A stretch of 64,000 bases of DNA from Candidatus Poribacteria bacterium (GTDB taxonomy: Bacteria > Poribacteria > WGA-4E > PCPOR2b): positions 4,368,153 to 4,432,152 of the forward strand of contig OZ242326.1 in NCBI GenBank assembly GCA_965208325.1, read 5' to 3'. Positions 10,666 to 19,670 of this stretch are shown here, one piece after another (position 1 is the first letter of the stretch; the number at the start of each line of letters is the position of its first letter). Under the pieces are notes generated by a model. That model searched no databases. It worked only from the letters and a program-made list of their open reading frames with translations, and had not been told where the DNA came from. A program made the position numbers and the translations under genes.

Positions 10666-12411
10666 TTACTCACGACTCGACTCGGTAACGACAATCTCCT
10701 GATTAACCGTTACTTTTTCTAGGATTTGAACAATGCCGCTCGGCCAATGAATTTCAAGGCGATCCACAATGGAATTATCGCCGAGACCAAAGTGGCAGCG
10801 CGGATCATTGCTGCACATTATACTTGACCCCGCACGCACCTCTTGAACCCAAGACTGGGTACCCGCCGTCAAAGTCAGCCGCGCGCCGATGCCGCCGCGA
10901 TTGCTAAGGACGCCCGCGAGTTTTACCCGCAACCAGTTTTTTTGATTGCCGCCTTCGTTGCGGAGTAACTGCGCTGCCTGATTCACCTGGGTCGTGACGA
11001 TATCGCAATCGCCGTCGTTGTCATAATCTCCAAATATCGCGCCGCGGCTGACGCTCGGTTCATGAAAATATTTTCCCGAACTGAATGAAACTTCCCTGAA
11101 CGTCCCGTCGCCTTTGTTATGAAACAGTTGATTTCGCTGCGCGTAAGTTAGAATGTCCGTTACCTGCGCTATATTGTCGATAATATGTCCGTTCGCGATA
11201 AAAATATCCAGATATCCATCGTTATCATAGTCGAAAAAGCGCGTACCAAATCCGACAAATAGAAAACTTTCATCACCGAGATGTGCGCCGTAGATTACAT
11301 CGGAAAACGTACCATCCCCGTTGTTCTGGTAAAGCGCGTTCGTTTCATAGGAAAGGTTGGTGACAAAGATGTCTAGATATCCGTCGCCGTTATAGTCGCC
11401 GGCATCAACCCCCATTCCCGCCTGCGCTACGCCGTTGAAGCTATAGGCGCAGCCCGCCAATAGCCCCGTCTCGGTAAACGTACCGTCCCCGTTGTTGTAG
11501 TAAAGGTAGTTCGGCGTATCGTCGTTTGCTACATAAATGTCAGCTTCGCCGTCGTTATTGAAATCTGCCGCGACGACACCCAAACCCTTCCCACTGTGCG
11601 GTCCTTCAGCTACTTTGAAACCTGCCTCCTCGGTGACGTTCGTGAATGTACCGTCTCCGTTGTTGCGGAAAAACTGATCGGGCGCGCCGTCGAAGTTTTT
11701 TGGGTGGCACAAAATGCGGATCCCGTCAACTTCACAAGGTGCATGCGGCACATCCAACGAATACCGCAAGTAATTCACAACGTAGAGGTCGAGGTCGCCG
11801 TCGCGGTCGTAATCAAGAAATGCGGCGCTGCTGCCCCACATCGGGTCCCCTACCCCTGCGGTTTCCGTGACATTGGTAAAGCTGCCGCCGCCGTTGTTCC
11901 GATAGAGCACATTGGCGCCGAAATTCGTTACGTATAAATCTGGATCGCCGTCATTATCGTAATCGCCGCACGCAGCGCCGACGCCGTAATTTCCGACATT
12001 GCCGGCGCCCGAATCGCTTGTCACATCCGTAAATGTGCTATCGCCGTTGTTGCGGTAGAGAGCGCATGTGACCGTACTTTCTCGTCCTTCGCCCGGTAAT
12101 TCGCCGCTGTTCACGAGATACAAATCGAGGTCGCCGTCGTTGTCATAGTCAAGAAACGCTCCGCCGGCACCGAGTTGTTCGGGCAGATGGTAACCGCCTT
12201 TCGCCCCGTTTTGATGCCGAAAATGAATCCCCGCCTCCGCGGTAGCATCAATGAACTTAATCTGTTCCCCAACGGCAAAGGCGTTGAGGCATATCATCAT
12301 GAACGCCGTTGCCGCCGATAAACGAGTTAGATTCGTGACGAAAAACTCCGATTGACTATGGTTGATTGTCGATGTCCTTTGCCAGCCTAAATCCGATAAA
12401 ACTTGTCCCAA
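10666..12411 (-). CDS. FG-GAP/VCBS-repeat protein with a C-terminal ASPIC/UnbV domain (CRTAC1-like)
   Basis: It has repeated DYDNDGDLDLY..N and LYRNNGDGTFT.VT units. The C-terminal region is NWLRVKLAGVLSNRGGIGARLTL...EVRAGSS...HFGLGD...DRLEIHWPSG. The start is uncertain: 12411 overlaps the upstream FGE gene by 56 nt, and ATG 12300 (MMICLNAFA) is an alternative. Confidence 0.85.
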   Translation of the reverse strand: MGQVLSDLGWQRTSTINHSQSEFFVTNLTRLSAATAFMMICLNAFAVGEQIKFIDATAEAGIHFRHQNGAKGGYHLPEQLGAGGAFLDYDNDGDLDLYLVNSGELPGEGRESTVTCALYRNNGDSTFTDVTSDSGAGNVGNYGVGAACGDYDNDGDPDLYVTNFGANVLYRNNGGGSFTNVTETAGVGDPMWGSSAAFLDYDRDGDLDLYVVNYLRYSLDVPHAPCEVDGIRILCHPKNFDGAPDQFFRNNGDGTFTNVTEEAGFKVAEGPHSGKGLGVVAADFNNDGEADIYVANDDTPNYLYYNNGDGTFTETGLLAGCAYSFNGVAQAGMGVDAGDYNGDGYLDIFVTNLSYETNALYQNNGDGTFSDVIYGAHLGDESFLFVGFGTRFFDYDNDGYLDIFIANGHIIDNIAQVTDILTYAQRNQLFHNKGDGTFREVSFSSGKYFHEPSVSRGAIFGDYDNDGDCDIVTTQVNQAAQLLRNEGGNQKNWLRVKLAGVLSNRGGIGARLTLTAGTQSWVQEVRAGSSIMCSNDPRCHFGLGDNSIVDRLEIHWPSGIVQILEKVTVNQEIVVTESSRE

Positions 12412-13219
12412 CCGCCGGGTGGTGTCCCATGCGTGTAATGCACCGAGCTAACTGCGGCCCATTTGCCCATGACCCGCCCCGCACCACGCGCCGACTGCCC
12501 ACATCAGGACCCGCCGGGTTTTCGGTAGGGCTGCGATAGTAATAAGATTCAGAAAACCAATCTGCGACCCACTCCCAGACATTGCCGCCCATATCGTATA
12601 CGCCGTACGGGCTTGCGCCAGTCGGAAATTTCCCGACAGGCGCCAAGACGTTGTCATATCCGTCTCGCCCATTCCACACATTTGCGTGGACATTTGCGCC
12701 GCGTATCGAAACGAAGAAGGCATTCCCCCACGGCCAAACACGTTGGTCGGTTCCCCGAGACGCTTTCTCCCACTCCGCTTCGGTGGGCAGCCGCTTATTC
12801 GCCCATTTGGCATACGCGTCCGCTGCGGCCCAAGAAATACCCACAACGGGATAGTTCGGCTTGGACTGCGCAATCTCGGGCCAATCCCCCAGTCCGACCT
12901 CCTCGCCGTAACTGACTGGAGTGTGCTTACTGCGCTCTCCGCCATCCGACATCCAGAAGGCAAAATAATCCGCGTTGGTGACCTCGTGTTTGTCGATGTA
13001 ATAAGCGTCAATCGAAATCTGGTGCGCTGGTTTCGCGCCAATTCCCCCGGCATCGTCGCCCATGGTAAATTCACCGCCCGGTATCAACACCATCCCGCCG
13101 GGCGGGGTCAATGGACGCGGCGTTTCGGCCCCCTCGGCGTGCCCATGGGTTATCGGGAGATGCAGGACAGCCCAGAAGAAACAGAATAGATTGAAGGATA
13201 AACGGCAGTTTGCTGACAT
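12356..13219 (-). CDS. Formylglycine-generating-enzyme (FGE/SUMF1) family protein
   Basis: Signal peptide, then GGEFTMGDD...YYIDKHEVTN..Y..F......WPWGN...GNVWEWVADW...RVVRGGSW......R...R, the typical FGE-sulfatase domain pattern. Confidence 0.85.
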   Translation of the reverse strand: MSANCRLSFNLFCFFWAVLHLPITHGHAEGAETPRPLTPPGGMVLIPGGEFTMGDDAGGIGAKPAHQISIDAYYIDKHEVTNADYFAFWMSDGGERSKHTPVSYGEEVGLGDWPEIAQSKPNYPVVGISWAAADAYAKWANKRLPTEAEWEKASRGTDQRVWPWGNAFFVSIRGANVHANVWNGRDGYDNVLAPVGKFPTGASPYGVYDMGGNVWEWVADWFSESYYYRSPTENPAGPDVGSRRVVRGGSWANGPQLARCITRMGHHPAVGTSFIGFRLAKDIDNQP

Positions 13220-13230
13220 CGTAACGGGTT

Positions 13231-14415
13231 CTATTTTTCAGTTGTGAGACGCTGATAGACGCGGTATTCCTCTTGCGCCTTGGCGGTGTCTCCTGCGAAT
13301 TCATAGGTTTTCGACAGATTCAAGCGAAAACGCGGTTCGGAAGGATCCAAATGAATCGCATTTTGATAGGCTTCAATGGCTTGGCGATATTCCGTCATCA
13401 TCAAATAAACACTGCCGAGACCGTTATGATACGCCGCAACATCAGGGCGGCGCTTTACAACTTCCTGGTATGCCTTCAATGCGCGCCCGTAGGCTTTCAA
13501 TCGAAAATAGACGAATCCTAAGGCTTCATAGCTCCGCACAGATTCAGGGTCGAGCGCGATGCACTTTTCAAAGGCGAAGACAGCGGCGCCCCATTGCGCC
13601 CGTCCCACTTGGAGGCGGCCCAATGCATACCAGGCATCCCGGTTCGCCGCATCGCCGCCTACGATGCGCTGCAAACGCTCAATCTCTTCCCCTTCTTGCG
13701 TCAGCCGTTGAAAGGTTTCTAACGCCTCTGCCGCCTCCTCCGACAAGCCCATGCGGTGGTAGCAGTTGCCGAGGTTCAAGTATGCCTTGGCATTGAACGG
13801 ATCTTGTTCGATTATCCGTTGGAAGAGTGTGCTCGCCGCTTCAAATTCTCCGCGCTGGAAATAAGCCAATCCGAGCGTATAATACGATTCCAATCGCGAA
13901 GGGTCGAGTTCTGCGGCGCGCCGGAGTTCGTGAATCGATTTATCCAGGCGTTGCTGCCGGAAGTAGGCTAAACCTAAAAGCCGTCGGCTCTCTGCATGAT
14001 GCGGATCCATTTCGACCGCTTTCTGCAGCGGCGGAATTGCCTTCGACACCTGCGCCAACACCTTTAGGTAAGTATCGCCTAATTTGTAATGGGCTTCGAT
14101 GTAGTCCGGGTCGGTTATTGCGGCTTGTTGAAATGCACGCGTTGCGCTTTGCCACTTCTGTTGCGACCCGTAGACCATCCCCAAGTAATAGTGTGCGTCA
14201 GCGAGCGACGAATCCAGTTCTACGGCGCGTTGAAACGCTGCCTCCGCCTTATCATAATCTCGATGAAATATAGCCCGCTGCCCTTCGTCGTAGGCGCGAA
14301 GCGCCTGGTGGGCATCGGATTTCGCATGTGACGCTGCTATAGCGCGGAAGGTCAGCGCTAAAAAAAACACGCCAACCAGAATTGGTGTGTTCAGCGTAAT
14401 TAGACCACTTTTCAT
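13231..14415 (-). CDS. TPR-repeat protein with N-terminal membrane anchor or signal
   Basis: About 10 TPR units (e.g. ADAHYYLGMVYGSQQKWQSATRAFQQAAITDP). Start set to the true ATG at 14415 (MKSGLITLNTPILVGVFFLALTF...). The ORF-track start at 14469 is a GTG. Confidence 0.8.
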   Translation of the reverse strand: MKSGLITLNTPILVGVFFLALTFRAIAASHAKSDAHQALRAYDEGQRAIFHRDYDKAEAAFQRAVELDSSLADAHYYLGMVYGSQQKWQSATRAFQQAAITDPDYIEAHYKLGDTYLKVLAQVSKAIPPLQKAVEMDPHHAESRRLLGLAYFRQQRLDKSIHELRRAAELDPSRLESYYTLGLAYFQRGEFEAASTLFQRIIEQDPFNAKAYLNLGNCYHRMGLSEEAAEALETFQRLTQEGEEIERLQRIVGGDAANRDAWYALGRLQVGRAQWGAAVFAFEKCIALDPESVRSYEALGFVYFRLKAYGRALKAYQEVVKRRPDVAAYHNGLGSVYLMMTEYRQAIEAYQNAIHLDPSEPRFRLNLSKTYEFAGDTAKAQEEYRVYQRLTTEK

Positions 14416-14561
14416 AACATCGCAAAATGCGAATAGATAGGGGAAAACCCGCCATGCGTAAGTGCACACGACGGGATTTTCCCGAATTCAAATTCAATCA
14501 GAGCGCCGCGAATTGCTAACGGCCAACAATACTAGCGTCGCTGCAGTTGAGGTTAAATTAG

Positions 14562-15443
14562 CTATCTGCGGGTTTTTATATCCCCCCATGTTGTGGACAG
14601 TTTTTCAACCGGTGCAACACCGAGCGCAGTCGTAACGCCAAGCCCATCATTCATGATGGCAGCGATTTCTTCTCCGCTCAAAACCCGGCTGAATACCCCG
14701 ATATCGTCCACTGTAACCTGTGCGGAAGAGCCATACCTGCCGCAAATATGCCACGGACCGTGTTCATTGGTCCGAACAAACGGCTCCGTTCCGGGACCGC
14801 GATTAACAATTTTACCATTCTGGTATATCACTGTCTCTTTACCATTTCCCGTAAAGGCGTAGTGGTTCATCTCGTCGCCGTTTGCGGGGAACCACCAACG
14901 ATGGTCCAGGCGAGGCTTGCCGTATTGCCACAGGACAAACTCGCCCTCGCCATCATCCCACGGAAAGTGAACCAGAATTCGGTTGTCCCACGGCCCGCCG
15001 GGTTCAAATGAGAAGAGATCTTTTTGGGCAAAGGTGCCGATTTTGTCGTTTCGCTGCACCCATGCGGTTATTGTAATCTCTGTCTCCTTGGGAAGATTGC
15101 CGGCATCCGCTTCGTCTTCGTCAGGCCCTAACCGCTCATCCTTGATGAAGTTTGGGACTATGATAACGCTGCCCTCGCCTTCACATTTCAGAGCCGTGCC
15201 GAATTTGCCGTCAACCCACGACGGCCTTAGCGCATCGCTGTCAGGACGATTACCTTGCAGCCTGCCGTCCATGTCGTGGGGGTTGCCCGACGCGTCATTG
15301 GCAGTGACTCCTTCCCCCTCATCAAATAGCCAAACGGCAATAATGTCGTCGGGGTCGAGTGCGGCATGAGTCGGGGCTGTCACCATAATCCCGAACAATG
15401 AAACGGCGCTGACGCATACCAGCGTTCTTAGCATGAGTTTCAA
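14562..15443 (-). CDS. Secreted LamG-like (concanavalin/laminin-G jelly-roll) protein, paralog 1
   Basis: Contains IAVWLFDEGEGVTANDASGNPHDMDGRL...WVDGKFGTALKCEG...VTVDDIGVFSRVLSGEEI. Start re-set to the TTG at 15443 (M/LKLMLRTLVCVSAVSLFG), which aligns codon-for-codon with the ATG of paralog 2 and lies 10 nt after GGAGG. That gives 293 aa, like its paralogs. Confidence 0.8.
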   Translation of the reverse strand: MKLMLRTLVCVSAVSLFGIMVTAPTHAALDPDDIIAVWLFDEGEGVTANDASGNPHDMDGRLQGNRPDSDALRPSWVDGKFGTALKCEGEGSVIIVPNFIKDERLGPDEDEADAGNLPKETEITITAWVQRNDKIGTFAQKDLFSFEPGGPWDNRILVHFPWDDGEGEFVLWQYGKPRLDHRWWFPANGDEMNHYAFTGNGKETVIYQNGKIVNRGPGTEPFVRTNEHGPWHICGRYGSSAQVTVDDIGVFSRVLSGEEIAAIMNDGLGVTTALGVAPVEKLSTTWGDIKTRR

Positions 15444-15450
15444 TTTGCAT

Positions 15451-15545
15451 TTCCTCCATCTACAGCCGGTACGGTATAGGATGGCCGAATGCTGCCGCTG
15501 TAGAAAAACCCATCCCGTATACCTGTACACGGCGAGTTTTTCAAA
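15451..15545 (-). promoter_or_regulatory. Conserved structured 5' leader upstream of LamG paralog 1
   Basis: About 95 nt nearly identical to 16527..16620 (only about 4 differences), whereas the adjacent coding sequences diverge quickly. It contains mutually exclusive helices and ends at the GGAGG Shine-Dalgarno sequence. Confidence 0.35.
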
Positions 15546-15633
15546 TATTGAATCTACATACAACGGCGCCAGTTGCTAAACTGCAAGCAAAACACCACTC
15601 GCGCCGTTGTGGTTATGGGTAGAAATCTCTTAG

Positions 15634-16518
15634 CTAATTTTTGGTTTTTATCACCCCCCATGTTGTTGATATTTTTTCATCCGGTTGAACATCAAGAGCC
15701 GCCGCGGCGGCAAGCCCGTCGAGCATGATAGATGCAATTTCACCTTGGGTCAATACCCGGCTAAATACGCCGATGTCGTCCACTGTAACCTGAGCGGAAG
15801 AGCCAAACCTGCCGCAAATATGCCATGGACCGTGTTCATCGGTCCGAATAAACGGCCTCGATCCGGGACCGTGATGCACCATTTTACCATTCTGGTAAAT
15901 CACTGTGGCTTCGCTATTGCCGGTAAATGCGTAGTGGTTCATCTCGCCGCCGTTTGCGGGAAACTCCCACGGATTGTCGAAGTCAGGTCTGCCGTATTGC
16001 CACATTATAAACTCGCCCTCTCCGTCATCCCACGGAAAGTGCACCAGAATCCGGTTGTCCCACGGACCGCCGGGTTGGAACGAAAAGAGGTCTCTCTGAG
16101 CCGCCGTGCCGATTTTATCGTTGCGCTGCACCCATGCGGTTATGGTAATCTCCGTCTCGTCGGGAATATTGCCGGCAGACGCATCGTGTTCGTGGCGTCC
16201 CAATCGCTCATCCTTGATGAAATTCGGGATAACGATAACGCTGCCCATACCTTCACATTTCAGGGCCGTGCCGAATTTTCCGTCTACCCACTTCGGTTTT
16301 TCGCCGGCGTTGTGCGCCCGCTTGGTGACTTCCAACCTACCGTCCATGTCGAGCGGGTTTCCCGAAGCGTCGTTGGCAGTGTTGCCTTCGCCCTCATCGA
16401 ATAGCCAAATTGCAATGATGTCGGCGGGGTCTAGGAAGGCGTAAGCCGGGATAATAACGATAAACCCGAACAATGAAACAGTGGCGGCGCATGCTAGTGC
16501 CCTTAGCACAAACTTCAT
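15634..16518 (-). CDS. Secreted LamG-like jelly-roll protein, paralog 2
   Basis: 294-aa ORF with signal peptide MKFVLRALACAATVSLFGFIVIIPAYA and the same domain pattern as 14562..15443. GGAGG lies 10 nt upstream of the ATG. Confidence 0.85.
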   Translation of the reverse strand: MKFVLRALACAATVSLFGFIVIIPAYAFLDPADIIAIWLFDEGEGNTANDASGNPLDMDGRLEVTKRAHNAGEKPKWVDGKFGTALKCEGMGSVIVIPNFIKDERLGRHEHDASAGNIPDETEITITAWVQRNDKIGTAAQRDLFSFQPGGPWDNRILVHFPWDDGEGEFIMWQYGRPDFDNPWEFPANGGEMNHYAFTGNSEATVIYQNGKMVHHGPGSRPFIRTDEHGPWHICGRFGSSAQVTVDDIGVFSRVLTQGEIASIMLDGLAAAAALDVQPDEKISTTWGVIKTKN

Positions 16519-16526
16519 TTTACATA

Positions 16527-16620
16527 ACCTCCATCTACAGCCGGCACGGTATAGGATGGCCGAATGCTGCCGCTATAGAAAAACCCATCACGTATACCTG
16601 TACACGGCGAGTTTTTCGAA
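16527..16620 (-). promoter_or_regulatory. Conserved structured 5' leader upstream of LamG paralog 2
   Basis: Near-identical copy of 15451..15545 in the same position relative to the start codon. Confidence 0.35.
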
Positions 16621-16694
16621 AACCAAATCTACGTGAAACGACGCAAATTGCTAAACCGCGAGCAAAACATTACTTGCACCGTTTTGGTTAAAAG

Positions 16695-16941
16695 CCTGTT
16701 TGAATAATGGGCGGCAATGCCATTCTTGGGGGTTTGAGTTGCTATAACCGGTGGAACTTCTATCGCGCGGGATTTTCTATCGCCTTCGCTATTCGCTCAG
16801 TTAATCCAATTTGGTCGCTCGATTCCATCAAATACCTTACTCCGGCATTGGGCGGGGCAAGATGCCCCGCCTACGGAGGGTAGTGAGGTACTATACACCT
16901 GCCGCACCTATGGTACTGTATAAAATGAATTTTCACACAGG
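16695..16941 (+). mobile_element. MITE-like element, copy 1 (one GC hairpin, no tandem expansion)
   Basis: The ends CCTGTTTGAA (16695) and TTCACACAGG (16932) are imperfect terminal inverted repeats. The left arm GCCATTCTTGGGGGTTTGAGTTGCTATAACCGGTGGAACTTCTATCG...CTTCGCTATTCGCTCAGTT is about 90% identical to 23186..23280. It carries a single hairpin, GGCGGGGCA-AGA-TGCCCCGCC. Confidence 0.5.
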
Positions 16942-17125
16942 TTCTAAGAGAATGTATATATAGAATAAATTGCGGCCTTAATCACGTCCACTAAAGAAAA
17001 ACCCGCCCTACACACGTGCAGGACGGGTTGTTTTGGAAATCACCTTTGCTGAAGCGCCGCGAGCTGCAAAGCGTATTCACGTTCATTACTCACAGTGCTT
17101 GGGTTTTAGGCACGACAACGAAAAA

Positions 17126-18007
17126 CTATTTGGGAGACGACTTAATTTCTCCCCATGTTGTCGATAATTTTTCAGCCGGTTCAACACCGAGGGCTGCAAT
17201 TGCGAGTCCTTTCTGCTGAATGGACGCGATTTCGTCATCGCTAAGAACTCGGCTGAACACCCCAACGTCATCGACTATAACTTGAGCCGAGGAACCGAAC
17301 CTTCCGCCGATGTGCCAGGGACCGTGTTCGACGGTTCGAACAAACGGTTTCGCACCGGCGCCCAGATGGACAAATTCGCCATTCTGGTATATGACTGTCT
17401 CTTCACCGTTGCCGGTAAAGGCGTAGTGATTCATTTCGCCGCCATTTCCGGGAAATTCCCAGTTGGTGCCTTGGAACGGTTTACCATACTGCCACATAAT
17501 AAACTCGCCTGCGCCGTCATCCCATGGGAAGTGTACCAAAATTCGGTTATCCCATGGACCACCGGGCTCATATGAAAACAGGTCTTTTTGCGCCGCGCTG
17601 CCGAGTTTATCCAGCCGCTGCACCCATGCCGTAATGGTAATGGTTGTTTCATCGGGAAGATTTCCGGCAGCTTCATCCTCTTCATCAGGACCTAAACGCT
17701 CGTCCTTGTTGAAATTCGGGATATTGATTACACTGCCTGCACCTTCGCATTTCAAGGCTTTGCCGAACTTGCCGTCAACCCATTGAGGTCTCAGGTTATC
17801 GCTGTCGTTAGCACCGCCTTCAAGCGTACCGTCCATGCCCTTGGGGTTGTCCGACGAATCTACGGTCTTTTTGCCTTCGCCTTCGTCAAACAGCCAAATA
17901 GCGACAATGTCAGCCGGGTCAAGTGCCGCATAAGTCGGGACTGTAACCAATAGCCCGATCATAGCAACAGCGCTGACAAATGCCAGTGTTTTTAGCGTCG
18001 ATTTCAT
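17126..18007 (-). CDS. Secreted LamG-like jelly-roll protein, paralog 3
   Basis: Start re-set to the ATG at 18007 (MKSTLKTLAFVSAVAMIGLLVTVPTYA), with GGAGG 8 nt upstream. Same domain pattern and length (293 aa) as the two paralogs. Confidence 0.85.
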   Translation of the reverse strand: MKSTLKTLAFVSAVAMIGLLVTVPTYAALDPADIVAIWLFDEGEGKKTVDSSDNPKGMDGTLEGGANDSDNLRPQWVDGKFGKALKCEGAGSVINIPNFNKDERLGPDEEDEAAGNLPDETTITITAWVQRLDKLGSAAQKDLFSYEPGGPWDNRILVHFPWDDGAGEFIMWQYGKPFQGTNWEFPGNGGEMNHYAFTGNGEETVIYQNGEFVHLGAGAKPFVRTVEHGPWHIGGRFGSSAQVIVDDVGVFSRVLSDDEIASIQQKGLAIAALGVEPAEKLSTTWGEIKSSPK

Positions 18008-18409
18008 TAGCGTTTCCTCCTTTTTGGTTGGCAAATTTGCCAACATTTTAGGAATGGTGCCCGGGTGATTATCACCCGATCACCGTTTAGGAACGCAGCA
18101 CCCAATTCATCAACCGCCACGTCCCTTTCGGGAACGGATTGCTATGCTCACCGTTCAACCCGTGTAGAACTTTAACCTTCCTAATTGATGGAAAGAATAA
18201 AGCGCCACACATACCCGTTACCGGGAAAAATACAGTAATGCTACTATATTTTGCGATAGTATACTACATTTTGTAACATAATTGCAACAAAAAAATGACG
18301 AATTTCACCGAATATTTCTCGTACGCAAATGGATGCGATGCAAGATTGGATTAGGGTAGCACCGCCGCTCACGTTGACTGCTGTCCTTTGCGCACGTTTC
18401 CTCAAACGG

Positions 18410-19198
18410 CTACCGGTTTAGGAACTCCATGACAATCGGGTGCAATTCCCTATTTGCGGCTACGCAAGATGTTCCTTGCACTGGGTCGCCGCCAGCCCAA
18501 GTCGTAATGACGCCGCCGGCGCCTTGAATGATGGGAATTACAGGGAGGACGTCCCACGGGTTCATGATTGGGTCGAGCATTATGTCTGCTCCGCCGCACG
18601 CGAGGAGCAAATATCCGTAGCAGTCTCCCCAGGTGCGCAAATACTTCACCTTTTGAGACAACCGCTCAAAACCCGATTCGTCTTGGTATTCGGAAATGCT
18701 CAGAACGTCCGTCGTCAGCAAAGTTGCTTCGGCGAGTTCGGCAACCCTTCTCATTTGAACGCGGCTGCCGTTAACACTTGTACGATGGTTGTCGCCGAGG
18801 CACAATATGTCCAAAATTGGCTGATTGATTGCGCCCAAAATTGGCCTGTCTTCGTGAATCAGACATATGAGTGTCCCAAAGAGCGGACAGCCGCTGGCGA
18901 AGGAGATTGTGCCGTCTATCGGGTCAAGTATCCAAACAAACTCCGCACCCTCATTTTCGCTCCCATATTCCTCGCCGATGATGCCGTGGTTGGGAAATTC
19001 CCGCCGTATCAAATCTCGCATCAACGCCTCGGCTTGGCGATCCGCTAAAGTTACCGGTGTTTCATCTTCTTTGATTTCAACCTCAAAATCCAAAGCGGCG
19101 AAGTAGGGTTTAATTACCTTTGCGCTTTCATCGGCAAGCCGATGGATAAATCGGACATATTCCTCGTTCACCTTTTCACCATTTTTGGACAACGACAC
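18410..19198 (-). CDS. Inositol-monophosphatase family protein (IMPase / HisN-like)
   Basis: Motifs IIGEEYG and WILDPIDGTISF, plus C-terminal WDVLPVIPIIQGAGG. Start re-set to the GTG at 19198, 1 nt after the acylphosphatase stop. The longer ORF would overlap that gene. Confidence 0.8.
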   Translation of the reverse strand: MSLSKNGEKVNEEYVRFIHRLADESAKVIKPYFAALDFEVEIKEDETPVTLADRQAEALMRDLIRREFPNHGIIGEEYGSENEGAEFVWILDPIDGTISFASGCPLFGTLICLIHEDRPILGAINQPILDILCLGDNHRTSVNGSRVQMRRVAELAEATLLTTDVLSISEYQDESGFERLSQKVKYLRTWGDCYGYLLLACGGADIMLDPIMNPWDVLPVIPIIQGAGGVITTWAGGDPVQGTSCVAANRELHPIVMEFLNR

Positions 19199-19199
19199 A

Positions 19200-19469
19200 T
19201 CAATACTCGATTCTAAAGGAGGTATATTCCCCGCCCAATCGGCGTTCTTCGACCTCGACAGACTCAACCACAGCGGCCGGCGGACCACCCCGAAGGAGCG
19301 TTACAAACTTATCAAGCACGGCTTCTTCTCCTTCGGCGGCAATCTCGACCCCGCCGCCGCGCAAGTTCCTCACGTAACCACGAATGCCGAGCTTTTGTGC
19401 AGCCTGTTGCGTAAAATAACGGAAATTTACGCCTTGCACTCTGCCGTGAATGAGAATGCGGCATTGCAT
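19200..19469 (-). CDS. acyP: Acylphosphatase
   Basis: 89 aa from the ATG at 19469: MQCRILIHGRVQGVNFRYFTQQAAQKLGIRGYVRNLRGGGVEIAAEG..., the classical acylphosphatase signature and size. Confidence 0.85.
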   Translation of the reverse strand: MQCRILIHGRVQGVNFRYFTQQAAQKLGIRGYVRNLRGGGVEIAAEGEEAVLDKFVTLLRGGPPAAVVESVEVEERRLGGEYTSFRIEY

Positions 19470-19670
19470 AATTGGGTTTGCCAGAATTGTATCTCCAATG
19501 GTCAATTTGACGCTCAGTTATTTTGCCGCAAAGATTTCAGTTTGCCTAGAAGCGGATTTCGAATTTGCCTGCCGTCCTCAACGCCGCGGCGTTGCCGCAC
19601 AGGTGCCGTATTTCAACCTCGCTTTTGGAAGTCAATTCGCCGGATAACTTTCGTCAACCCCCGTCCGCCT

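Noticed and set aside
14562-15563. The 333-aa version of LamG paralog 1, with the N-terminal extension MYVDSIFEKLAVYRYTGWVFLQRQ...
   Set aside because: The extension is a translation of the conserved non-coding leader that is also present upstream of paralog 2. Aligning the two loci places the start at the TTG at 15443, 10 nt after GGAGG, which gives a normal signal peptide.
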